DNA of 55,085 bases from contig CAZEGS010000002.1 of NCBI GenBank assembly GCA_964512445.1, forward strand, positions 1 to 55,085, read 5' to 3'. The stretch is from an uncultured Candidatus Bathyarchaeia archaeon (GTDB lineage: Archaea > Thermoproteota > Bathyarchaeia > Bathyarchaeales > DTEX01). The translations under genes were made by a program, and so were the position numbers. Shown piece by piece: positions 9,250-18,139 of the stretch. Every line of letters begins with the position of its first letter. The stretch's first letter is position 1. Below the pieces are notes generated by a model, which was not told the DNA's origin, did not search any database, and saw only the letters and a list, made by a program, of their open reading frames with translations.

Positions 9250-9927
9250 TTACTTTCCAGATGCTCCTCCACGTAACCCGCGATAAGCCCCCTCAAAGAC
9301 TCCTATAATCTTATCCCGGGTTTTCCCCCACGAGATTGTTACGCAGATGATAATCGAGGATAAGACTACTATAAGCGAGAGGAGCCATTCATCAATAGCT
9401 CCCGTTAAAGATTGAAAGATTATTCCTCCTACAGATGCGCCTACAGAATAATATGCGCTTTTACCTACAGCCTCAACTAGAAGGAACTTCTTCAGCGAGA
9501 AACGGGCTGATCCCGCCAAAAGCGCAATCGGCACATCAGGCAATGGGGAGGCTGCGACAAGCAAAATGACGAGAAGCCCGTACTTCTCAATCCATCTATA
9601 AATGACATTCTTCTCGCCGCTGCCTCGAAAAGCCTCTCTGATGCCGAGGCCCCAATAGTAAGCGGTGACCTCTCCTATTGCTCCTCCTATGCCGGCTGAG
9701 AGCCCAAGCAGAGCTGGATGATAATTCCTTATTAAGGCGATAAATGCGGGTGTAAAAAGGTCTCGTCCAACAACTGTTAGATGACTAAACATCGAAACTA
9801 GAAAGATTCCCAGAAGCCCCTCTTCCTCAAGCATTCTTCCGACAAACAATATCTGATACAATATTGCACCTGAGATTGCGGCGGTTAGGATCGCGGCTGA
9901 AACGTTTAGGAGGGCCTTTCGGTTCAA
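9250..9927 (-). CDS. DedA/VTT (SNARE-associated) family membrane protein
   Basis: 225-aa polytopic ORF with a TTG start. Motif GIGGAIGEVTAYYWG parallels GAGSALGEFFGYFLGYYG in the paralogue at 51833..52495. Confidence 0.65.
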   Translation of the reverse strand: MNRKALLNVSAAILTAAISGAILYQILFVGRMLEEEGLLGIFLVSMFSHLTVVGRDLFTPAFIALIRNYHPALLGLSAGIGGAIGEVTAYYWGLGIREAFRGSGEKNVIYRWIEKYGLLVILLVAASPLPDVPIALLAGSARFSLKKFLLVEAVGKSAYYSVGASVGGIIFQSLTGAIDEWLLSLIVVLSSIIICVTISWGKTRDKIIGVFEGAYRGLRGGASGK

Positions 9928-10136
9928 GGCGATTCTCGTTTTCCTATTATTCTTTCCAGAATCAGCTTTCCTAAGATGTTGGAGAGCTCCGGTTAAAAAT
10001 GTTTCGGATCGCCTTTATATAGACAAAATATAGATGTGCCCCCTAAAGCCTTTTATGTCTATACATCCACGTCGCCTCTTGAAGTTAAAAGCAGAACCAT
10101 TATCTGAGTCTATCTACAAATTTTAACCGAAATAAA

Positions 10137-10853
10137 TTGAGGTGTGAAGCAACAGGAATATTTCAGATACGCAACGTGAAAGAATGCATTATTATAGAGA
10201 GAATCAACAAATTTGCGGCTAAAATAATCCTAGACGGAAAGATACAGACAGCATACATCAATAATACCGGCAGGCTTCTAAATTATCTATCTAGGGGACA
10301 AAAAGGCTTCTGCATCATGCATGAGAGAGATTTAAAGACCGACTGCAGACTATTCGCTGTTAAAGAGGACAGTCTCGCAGCAATCATAGATACCCATCTT
10401 CAAATGAAAGCTCTAGAAAGAATCATAATGTTGAACCTTCTGCCATGGATGAGGGGATGCCGCATTCTAAAAAGAAACGCTAAGCTAAACGTCTCCTACA
10501 TCGACTATCTACTGGAATGTGAAGAAGAAAAAACCTATTTAGAAGTTAAAAGCGCGGTTTTGAGAAGCAACAAGTATGCGATGTATCCGGACTGTCCATC
10601 ACCGCGGGGAAGAAGACACATTATGGAGCTAACAGACTATGCTAAAAGAGGAGGATGCGGAATAATACTCTTCATTGCCGCCCTACCTAATGTAGAAGCC
10701 TTCAAACCTAACAGTTCAGCTGATCCGAAGATAGCTCAGCTTCTCCTAGAAGCAGAGAAGGCTGGAGTTGAGATTCGAGCTCTCGAGATGTATTATAACC
10801 CGGAGGATAACTATTTCTACTTATCTAAACCCGATCTTCCAGTCGAGTTTTAA
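10137..10853 (+). CDS. sfsA: Sugar fermentation stimulation protein A homologue (SfsA, nuclease-fold DNA-binding protein)
   Basis: 238 aa. RINKFAA...AYINNTGRL, YLEVKSAVL and PDCPSPRGRRHIMEL match the SfsA family pattern. TTG start; the true start may be slightly downstream. Confidence 0.8.
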   Translation: MRCEATGIFQIRNVKECIIIERINKFAAKIILDGKIQTAYINNTGRLLNYLSRGQKGFCIMHERDLKTDCRLFAVKEDSLAAIIDTHLQMKALERIIMLNLLPWMRGCRILKRNAKLNVSYIDYLLECEEEKTYLEVKSAVLRSNKYAMYPDCPSPRGRRHIMELTDYAKRGGCGIILFIAALPNVEAFKPNSSADPKIAQLLLEAEKAGVEIRALEMYYNPEDNYFYLSKPDLPVEF

Positions 10854-10931
10854 CCGGAAAAGATTGAGTAAAGATGAATAAAGAGTCTTATAATAACGAT
10901 ATGATTAAACTGGTGGAAGAATGGCTGTCTG

Positions 10932-11573
10932 ATGATCTTGAACAGGGCTGAAGAGCTGATTAGATCGATAGGAAAGCTCAAAAAGACTCATGTAAGGACA
11001 CTTGTGAAACGGAGAGTCTTGGAATTTAAAGAACTTGGAGAAGGAGAAAGCAGGGAGATCTTCAAAGAATTATGCTTCTGCATTCTATGCGCGAATTATT
11101 CGGCTGAACGCGCTATAAAAATCCAGAGGCAGATAAATGATGGATTCCTAACCTTATCAAAACAGCAGCTAGTGGAAAAGTTGAAGGAGCTGGGACACCG
11201 CTTTCCAAAAACACGTGCAGAATATATTGTCTCGGCTAGGAAATACAGCGATTCCATTAAGAGAATCATAAAAGAATCTGAGAATTCAAAAGAGCTGCGA
11301 AATTGGCTGGTTGAGAATATACATGGAATAGGAATGAAAGAAGCCAGCCACTTCCTTAGAAACATAGGATATACAGATCTCGCCATCCTAGATTTCCATA
11401 TACTTGACTTGTTAGCCAAGTATGGAATCATCGAGAAGCCTAAGAGATTAACGAAGTCAATATATTTACAGATTGAGAAAGAGCTGAGAAGAATAGCTGA
11501 ACTTGCAGGTCTTAACATGGCGGAGCTAGACCTGTATCTATGGTACATGGAGACGGGAAAGATTCTAAAGTAG
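10932..11573 (+). CDS. ogg: Archaeal-type 8-oxoguanine DNA glycosylase/AP lyase (Ogg2-like, HhH-GPD)
   Basis: 213 aa. CFCILCANYSAERA, then the helix-hairpin-helix HGIGMKEASHFLRNIGYTDLAILDFHI. Confidence 0.8.
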   Translation: MILNRAEELIRSIGKLKKTHVRTLVKRRVLEFKELGEGESREIFKELCFCILCANYSAERAIKIQRQINDGFLTLSKQQLVEKLKELGHRFPKTRAEYIVSARKYSDSIKRIIKESENSKELRNWLVENIHGIGMKEASHFLRNIGYTDLAILDFHILDLLAKYGIIEKPKRLTKSIYLQIEKELRRIAELAGLNMAELDLYLWYMETGKILK

Positions 11574-11619
11574 TCTGGCCTATCAAAGACATGTATAGTC
11601 CTAGCTGAGAAGGAGATGA

Positions 11620-12051
11620 ATGATGAACGTTTATTCCCGAGATATAAGGATCTCAACGAGGAAGAAGATAGAGATCCTAGATGTAACTAGAGAAGTACAG
11701 CGTATAGTCGAGGAAAGCGGAATAAAGAACGGTCTAGTTAACATATGGGTTCCCCACTCCACAGCGGCCATAGCTGTGAATGAGCATGACACTGACCTCT
11801 GGGAAGACATAATAGATGTTCTACAAAAGATCGCTCCTGTTAGAGGAGATTATCGACACAATGCAAAGTATAGTTGGAGCATAGGGGAACAGAACGCCCA
11901 CGCCCATATTCTGAGTTCTCTGATAAACTCTGGAGTCTCGATCCCTCTAGAAAACGGAAAGGTGCATCTTGGAACTTGGCAGTCAATCCTCTTTATTGAG
12001 ATGGACGGTTCAAGATCACGTAGAGTTCACGTGCAGATCATAGGTGAATAG
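11620..12051 (+). CDS. YjbQ/UPF0047 family protein (secondary thiamine-phosphate synthase-like)
   Basis: 143 aa. VPHSTAAIAVNEHDTDLWEDI, NAHAHILSSL and GTWQSILFIEMDG are typical YjbQ motifs. Confidence 0.8.
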   Translation: MMNVYSRDIRISTRKKIEILDVTREVQRIVEESGIKNGLVNIWVPHSTAAIAVNEHDTDLWEDIIDVLQKIAPVRGDYRHNAKYSWSIGEQNAHAHILSSLINSGVSIPLENGKVHLGTWQSILFIEMDGSRSRRVHVQIIGE

Positions 12052-12063
12052 AAGAGCCCTAAC

Positions 12064-12759
12064 TTAATTCTTGCTTGTCCTTCTCTCAACAACCTTAAGG
12101 AACCGCTCAACGTCAGAGTATGTCCTCTCATAAATATGCGCGCTATTCGAGAAATCGAGATAGACGCCTACTTCCAAATCTAGCTGCTGAGCTATGCTCC
12201 TCTGCAGCTCCGTCATAGCAAGCATATTCATATGCATCGCTCTAAAGACGTCGCGGCTCCGCCAAGTTGTATGCATGACTAGACGATTATCCCTAACCGT
12301 ACACCAGATTCTTTGGAGGCATGGAGGAGATTCAACCCACATGTCCTTCTTGGGAACCCACGTTATTGCCTGAGCTCTTCGAGAGAAGCTCTTCTTCTTT
12401 AATTTCTCAACGATATATCTTATCTGGTCTATTGATTCAGGTGGATACTTGAAGAGCCTCTCATGATATGTATAATGAAATTTGCGTTCCTCTACGGCCC
12501 AATCTAAAGAGCCATGGAGAACCTCTTCATAATATCTCTGGAGAGCTCCCCTTACTGCAATATTAATATCTCCCCTATGAATCCGAGGTTCCTCAAACGG
12601 ATCCTCAACGACCACCAACAATCCCAAGATCTCCTTGGACATCTCGCCATATTCTGTTGGAACCTCTGCTCCATTCCTCCAGCATTCAAGAACAGATCTC
12701 TCCCAAGCTTCCGAAATAGTCCTCGCCGATACTACAACCCCAACAGACTTTCTATCCAA
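12064..12759 (-). CDS. thyA: Thymidylate synthase (short archaeal ThyA-like form)
   Basis: 231 aa. SRRAQAITWVP and the catalytic-Cys loop PPCLQRIWC resemble ThyA RRxxxxxWNP and PPCH. Followed by TTWRSRD. Confidence 0.7.
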   Translation of the reverse strand: MDRKSVGVVVSARTISEAWERSVLECWRNGAEVPTEYGEMSKEILGLLVVVEDPFEEPRIHRGDINIAVRGALQRYYEEVLHGSLDWAVEERKFHYTYHERLFKYPPESIDQIRYIVEKLKKKSFSRRAQAITWVPKKDMWVESPPCLQRIWCTVRDNRLVMHTTWRSRDVFRAMHMNMLAMTELQRSIAQQLDLEVGVYLDFSNSAHIYERTYSDVERFLKVVERRTSKN

Positions 12760-12841
12760 GGCTTGATACTCCCACCGGATAAATTAAAATCGCTGAACTC
12801 GGATAAAATCTTTAGGGCAAACTTATCACGGATCCTAAAGC

Positions 12842-13240
12842 ATGTTTAAAGATGAGATGATGAAATATCCATTGAAGAGCGGCATACTATGCATAAAACA
12901 TAGATGTAATGTATGCTGTGTAGAGACCAGGATGCCCCTCTCAAAGGATGACATAAAGCGGATCCAGAAATTAGGATACAGCCTAAAGGATTTTGCAGTA
13001 AAAACTGTGGATGGATGGCGGCTGAAAAACCGCGCTGGCAGATGCGTTTTTCTCGAGGAAGGCTGTAAAATATATCCGTATAGGCCTGAAGGCTGCAGAG
13101 TATATCCTCTCGTCTATGACGAAACTCTAGGGATCATGAGGCTCGATGATATATGCCCACACAATTACGAGTTTAAAATAACCAGTGAGGATATCCAGAG
13201 ATTAAACAGGCTGCTAATTAAATTATCGAAGGAAGAATGA
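12842..13240 (+). CDS. YkgJ-family cysteine-cluster (Zn/Fe-chelating) protein
   Basis: 132 aa. CNVCCVETRMPL and GRCVFLEEGCKIYPYRPEGCRVYP match the YkgJ/UPF0153 pattern. Confidence 0.7.
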   Translation: MFKDEMMKYPLKSGILCIKHRCNVCCVETRMPLSKDDIKRIQKLGYSLKDFAVKTVDGWRLKNRAGRCVFLEEGCKIYPYRPEGCRVYPLVYDETLGIMRLDDICPHNYEFKITSEDIQRLNRLLIKLSKEE

Positions 13241-13329
13241 TTTTGTCTTGCAAGTTATGCCTGAAGGAGTTCTCAGCCCAAAGGCCTTATAAATAGAGAA
13301 GGAAAGGTTTCTACTGAACTTGAAATTTA

Positions 13330-14340
13330 TTGGGGATGCGGATCGTCTTGCTTAGGCTTATACAAATAGGCGTAGGCGGATTTGGAAGAGGCTGGACAGA
13401 TATAGTTGAGTCGTCAAAGTTCTGGAAGCCTGTGGCATACGTCGATATAGATGAGAAAGCTTTGAAGGAAGCAGCGGAAGCGCATAAGATGCCTAAGGAG
13501 AGATGTTTCAATGATTTAGAAAGCGCATTAGCGGAGGTTGAGGCCGACGCCGCCTTAATCGTAGTCCCTCCAAATGTGCATATGGAAATAGCATTGCAAT
13601 CATTAAAGGCTGGTCTTCATGTATTGATTGAAAAGCCTCTGGCTGATGCTTTGGAGAACGCTAAGAGAATAGTTCTTGAAGCTGAGAAACGAGGTCTAAA
13701 ATTGATGGTCAGCCAGAATTATCGTTTTAGAAGGGGAGCGCGGACGGTTCGAAGACTTATTGAAAGAATGAAGGTTGGAAAGCCGAGCTATGCTATAGTT
13801 AACTTTCATAAGGCTCCTAAATTCAGAGGGTTCCGTCTAGAGATGGAATATCCCCTTCTCATAGACATGGCAATTCACCATTTCGATCTGATGAGATACA
13901 TATTTGCTTCGGATCCGCAGAGCATATACTGCGAAACGTGGAGGCCGGAGTGGAGCTGGTTTAAAGGCGATCCTTGCGTCACGGTTACGGTAAAGATGAG
14001 AAGCCAGATTCGCATCACGTATGTTGGAAGCTGGGTCTCCTTAGGCTGGGAGACGACATGGGATGGAGATTGGAGAATAGAATGTTCAGAAGGCGGGATA
14101 CACTGGAACGAAACCGTCAAGGTGAAGCCGAAAGATTCTGCTGAGGAAGTGACTGAAAAGCTTGTTTCGATGCCCTATGAAGATCGAGCCTACTCTCTAT
14201 ATGAATTCGCGGAGGCCATCAGAAAGAATAGGGAGCCGGAGACCAGCGGAAAAGACAATTTGAAGAGCCTAGTTATGGTATCTGCATCTCTAGATTCGGT
14301 GAAAAAAGGCAAACCCGTGCCTATCAGCAGATATCTTTAA
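13330..14340 (+). CDS. Gfo/Idh/MocA-family NAD(P)-dependent oxidoreductase
   Basis: N-terminal Rossmann IGVGGFGRGW and the EKP motif (LIEKPLA). The likely true start is the ATG at 13336. Confidence 0.85.
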   Translation: MGMRIVLLRLIQIGVGGFGRGWTDIVESSKFWKPVAYVDIDEKALKEAAEAHKMPKERCFNDLESALAEVEADAALIVVPPNVHMEIALQSLKAGLHVLIEKPLADALENAKRIVLEAEKRGLKLMVSQNYRFRRGARTVRRLIERMKVGKPSYAIVNFHKAPKFRGFRLEMEYPLLIDMAIHHFDLMRYIFASDPQSIYCETWRPEWSWFKGDPCVTVTVKMRSQIRITYVGSWVSLGWETTWDGDWRIECSEGGIHWNETVKVKPKDSAEEVTEKLVSMPYEDRAYSLYEFAEAIRKNREPETSGKDNLKSLVMVSASLDSVKKGKPVPISRYL

Positions 14341-14447
14341 GATCTTATATCAAAAAGGCTCGGTCCTTTCAGTTGCTGCTAAAAAAACATTAATTTAAAT
14401 GCGAAGACTAATTCATATTGGATTTCGGTTCTTAAGGGTCGAAAATA

Positions 14448-15803
14448 GTGAAGTTTCCACTTCCCAAAAAATCAATAAAGAAGCTTAAGAGAAGGGTCCC
14501 CTGGATAGGGCATGTTATAAATGAGGAAACAGCTGGAGACCTAAATCTATCCAGTCCAGAATTAGAGATTCATTTTAGGGAGGGAAGCCTATGCCTCGTC
14601 TGTAGGGGAAGCCGAAGACTATGCGGAAAACCCAGATGTCCAGCTATTCTGAAGCTATACTCCTTCATAAGAACGAGAAACGCGGTAAGATCGAATCAGA
14701 TGGTTGGGTCTTCTCCTCCCGGAATCTTTGTTGGACGAATCGGGTACCCCTACGTTTACGCCGGGCCTTTAGTCCCTCCAGTTGTAGGCGATACTTCCCT
14801 CTATGACTTTCCGGAGAAGTGGCTGGGCAGAACAGCAGACGATATAATAGAGTTTAGAACAAGCCTCGTTCGAGGCAAATTTAGAGTAAACGTGAAGAAG
14901 CCTTGGAAGAATGAACGTTTTATAAGCAAAACTCTGGAGGTCGCTCTGTCTAGAAATTCTGTTGATACTGAGGTGACTTTTCGTAAAAAGCCGTCTGGAA
15001 AGCTCCTGCTAGACGGTACGCTTCAACCTATGGGTCCCTCAGCCGTATTGGAGAAGATGGATGTTGGAAGCCCTAAGACTGACTTTAAGATCGAGGAAGC
15101 CTATAGTGACGGCGACTTAAAAGCGGAAGAAGCCATTACGAATCTATACCTGGATGGGGTTCCCGTCTCGAGGCTTCAAAGAGCATTCAGTGTAGGGGCA
15201 TTTGGACTTAAAGATCAGAGACGGATGGTCCCTACAAGATGGAGCATAACGGCTGTCGATTCGATTGTATCGAAAAATTTGATTGAGAAGGGGATCAAAG
15301 GTAAAAAGCCGATTAATGAGTACAGAGTATACGAATTCAGCTATCTTGGAAATCGATTCATAATCCTCATGACTCCCTCATCATGGAAATATGAGTGGAT
15401 TGAAGCTTGGTATCCTGGAACCGTCTGGAATCCGGGCGGTCAGAAAATCGCTATGGGAGGCGACTGGGAAGGATACAAAGGAAGAACAACTTACGCTTCA
15501 ATAGGCGGATGCTATTATGCGGTAAGATTAGCAGTTGCAGAGTTTCTGGCAAAAGAAGGGAGACAAGCCGGCGTCATAGCGATGAGGGAGATCTATCCGA
15601 GCTTCATAACGCCGTTAGGAGTATGGATAAATAGGGAAAGCGTGAGGGAGGCGCTGCGGAGGAGACCGGTAAAGTTCGACAGCCTCGATGACGCTATAAA
15701 CCATATAGGCAAAAGATTCTCGATAGGAATAGACGAGTGGATAAGAACAAGCGTCCTACTAAAAGAGTCTCTATATCAGGAGAAGCTCACCAAGTATATC
15801 TGA
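14448..15803 (+). CDS. Nre-family (archaeal DNA-repair-associated) protein with a C-terminal PIP-like box
   Basis: 451 aa, GTG start. N-terminal Cys cluster CLVCRGSRRLCGKPRCP. VPTRWSITAVD motif. C-terminus QEKLTKYI fits the PCNA-interacting pattern Qxx[LIM]xx[FY][FYLI]. Confidence 0.6.
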   Translation: MKFPLPKKSIKKLKRRVPWIGHVINEETAGDLNLSSPELEIHFREGSLCLVCRGSRRLCGKPRCPAILKLYSFIRTRNAVRSNQMVGSSPPGIFVGRIGYPYVYAGPLVPPVVGDTSLYDFPEKWLGRTADDIIEFRTSLVRGKFRVNVKKPWKNERFISKTLEVALSRNSVDTEVTFRKKPSGKLLLDGTLQPMGPSAVLEKMDVGSPKTDFKIEEAYSDGDLKAEEAITNLYLDGVPVSRLQRAFSVGAFGLKDQRRMVPTRWSITAVDSIVSKNLIEKGIKGKKPINEYRVYEFSYLGNRFIILMTPSSWKYEWIEAWYPGTVWNPGGQKIAMGGDWEGYKGRTTYASIGGCYYAVRLAVAEFLAKEGRQAGVIAMREIYPSFITPLGVWINRESVREALRRRPVKFDSLDDAINHIGKRFSIGIDEWIRTSVLLKESLYQEKLTKYI

Positions 15804-15838
15804 AAAATAAAAATTAGAGGCTATTAGAAAGGAAACCT

Positions 15839-17077
15839 TCATATTCTGCTTATTCCCTTCAAGAGCTCCTTCAGAAGCACGTCGGAAGCGTTTCTTCCCT
15901 CCCTCTCTCTAATTTCCTCGGCATACTTCTTGAATTCCTCAAGAGTAACAGGTCTCTTTCCCTTCTTCTGGGATAGGTATGCAGACTGCACAATCGCTGT
16001 GGTTTCAGCTCCAATCTTTTCGTCGCATAGCGGCTTAACACCATTCAGTATGCAATTACACATGTTCCTTATCTCTCCCTCAAAGCTCTGAGTCCATGTG
16101 ACCTCGCCTAAGTTGAACTCTCTCTTCCCCCCAGCTGCATCAGTTATCTCAAGAAGAGTCTCCTTCTCCCTTTGAACAGGTTTAATTATGCCATTCGTTC
16201 CGATCACGCAGGTATCTAGAGAGTCTCTGTAGGACCATGATCCCTCGACATGAGCAGTAGACCATGATCCATCATCCCCCTCAAACCGGATTATTACATG
16301 CGCATCATCCTCAACCTCGAATCGTTTAAACCTGCCCTGTAGAATTCGCGTCTTCATCCTAATGCAGATGCCGTATGGCTCAGCGGCCTTAACAACGGTA
16401 GGTCTCCTATCAAATCCGCTTAGGAACCAGGAGCACGTTATTGCATGAACACCATTATCGAGGAGAGATCCGCCGCCAGCGATTTCCGGATCCCAGAACC
16501 ATGATGCCCATTCAGGGCCTCCATGAGCCGTAGCTAGAAAAGTTAATTGAAGCTCCCCTATAACTCCACTCTCAATAAACTTCCTCATATTATACCATAC
16601 TGGACTGTAAAGCCAGTTCTCATTATGCTGATAGAGCTTTCCACTGTCCTCAACAGCCTCCACAACCTCGAGGCATTCGAGATATGTTCTAGCCATAGGC
16701 TTCTCAGCCATTACATTCACATCATGCTTTAAGGCTTTAATAGCAAGTACGCTGTGAAACTTAGTTGGAGTACAAATATCAACCAGATCAAGATCCTCCT
16801 TAGAAAGCATCTCATCAACATCATTGTAGATTCTTAGAGATTCCGCATCCTCCTTTAGTCTCTCATAAAGATCCTCATCACCATCCTCCTCAGCCCTTCT
16901 AGCCCTATCAAGGTAAACCTTCCTGGTAATCCTCTGCGCTTCTCTTAATGCGCTCTCCGAAACGTCGCAAAGAGAGACAAGCTCAGCTTCCCTTATGTTT
17001 GGATACGCTGGGAGATGAGCTCCACGAAAAATGCCGCCAGCGCCTATAACTCCTACTTTCACCCTCTTCATCTTCAT
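15839..17077 (-). CDS. Gfo/Idh/MocA-family oxidoreductase
   Basis: 412 aa. VGVIGAGGIFRGAH Rossmann motif and MAEKPMA. Confidence 0.85.
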   Translation of the reverse strand: MKMKRVKVGVIGAGGIFRGAHLPAYPNIREAELVSLCDVSESALREAQRITRKVYLDRARRAEEDGDEDLYERLKEDAESLRIYNDVDEMLSKEDLDLVDICTPTKFHSVLAIKALKHDVNVMAEKPMARTYLECLEVVEAVEDSGKLYQHNENWLYSPVWYNMRKFIESGVIGELQLTFLATAHGGPEWASWFWDPEIAGGGSLLDNGVHAITCSWFLSGFDRRPTVVKAAEPYGICIRMKTRILQGRFKRFEVEDDAHVIIRFEGDDGSWSTAHVEGSWSYRDSLDTCVIGTNGIIKPVQREKETLLEITDAAGGKREFNLGEVTWTQSFEGEIRNMCNCILNGVKPLCDEKIGAETTAIVQSAYLSQKKGKRPVTLEEFKKYAEEIREREGRNASDVLLKELLKGISRI

Positions 17078-17336
17078 TCACATCCACATTAAAAGATGTT
17101 TAAACTTCCTCTGAAGCATATTAAAGAATTTCGAAGAACCCTCTCAAGAGGCCTTACATCGAATTTTTTGAAAAGGAATAGAGGATGCTATTCACAGCTC
17201 TTCTAGACTTTAATTTAATTCCAAATTAACTTTTATAAGTCAGTTCATAGTATTAAGGTCACGTAGATCAGGGGAGGAATGGGAAATCAGCTTTGAATAT
17301 GTAGTTGAGACTGAGGATCTCGCTAAATATTATCAG

Positions 17337-18005
17337 ATGGGCCCGGTAACCGTTAAGGCTCTAGATGGAGTCAATCTGAAAGTCAGACGTGGCGAGTATC
17401 TTTCCATCATGGGTCCCTCAGGCTCTGGGAAGACAACGCTCTTCAACATGGTTGGAGGAATAGATAGACCTACAAGAGGAAGGGTCTTTATAGATGGAGT
17501 GGATATAGCGAAGCTGGACGCTTACGAGCTCGCCTGGCTTAGATGCAGAAAGATCGGCTATATATTTCAGACATTCAACCTGATACCCGTCCTAACCGCC
17601 CTTGAAAACGTCACGTTGCCGATGATATTCGCAGGCGTGGAGCGTGAAGAACGTCTAAGACGAGGCCGCGAAATATTAGAATCCGTCGGTCTCGGCGACA
17701 GGCTTGATCACAAACCTGCAGAGCTGAGCGGCGGCCAGCAGCAGAGAGTAGCTATTGCAAGGGCCCTAGCTAATAATCCAGTCATCATTCTTGCAGATGA
17801 GCCTACTGGAAACCTGGATCTACATACAGGACTGGAAATAATCACGCTGCTTCGGGAGATGAACAAAGAGAAAGGCGTAACGATAATCGCTGCAACGCAC
17901 GACTTAAAGATGATTGACGTCAGCGACAGAATAGTCTATCTGCGAGATGGACTTATCGACCGATACGAGACGAGAGCTGAAGTCTACATTAGAGCAGAAA
18001 GATAA
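17337..18005 (+). CDS. ABC transporter ATP-binding protein (MacB/LolD-like). The coding sequence clearly extends upstream of the first ATG, so the start is unresolved.
   Basis: Walker [11 protein letters not shown]-loop, signature [15 protein letters not shown], Walker [13 protein letters not shown]-loop ATHD. In-frame upstream codons 17298..17336 encode YVVETEDLAKYYQ, the conserved beta-1/A-loop region. No ATG, GTG or TTG lies in frame back to the stop at 17211. Confidence 0.8.
   Translation: MGPVTVKALDGVNLKVRRGEYLSIMGPSGSGKTTLFNMVGGIDRPTRGRVFIDGVDIAKLDAYELAWLRCRKIGYIFQTFNLIPVLTALENVTLPMIFAGVEREERLRRGREILESVGLGDRLDHKPAELSGGQQQRVAIARALANNPVIILADEPTGNLDLHTGLEIITLLREMNKEKGVTIIAATHDLKMIDVSDRIVYLRDGLIDRYETRAEVYIRAER
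17411..17612 (+). repeat. 202-bp tract 100% identical to the reverse complement of 34119..34320
   Basis: Base-by-base comparison of the two ABC ATPase genes. Identity is perfect across 202 bp and falls to roughly 70% on both sides. Confidence 0.95.
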
Positions 18006-18139
18006 ATCTTCATCAATAGCAAGATACCAACGAATCTTTTATTTCTAACAATGAAATGGTAAATGCTGATCGTTCAATCCTCTATGATACGAATTACCAG
18101 TCTCTAATTATTCTGCCAGAGTATGAAGATTACGCGACT

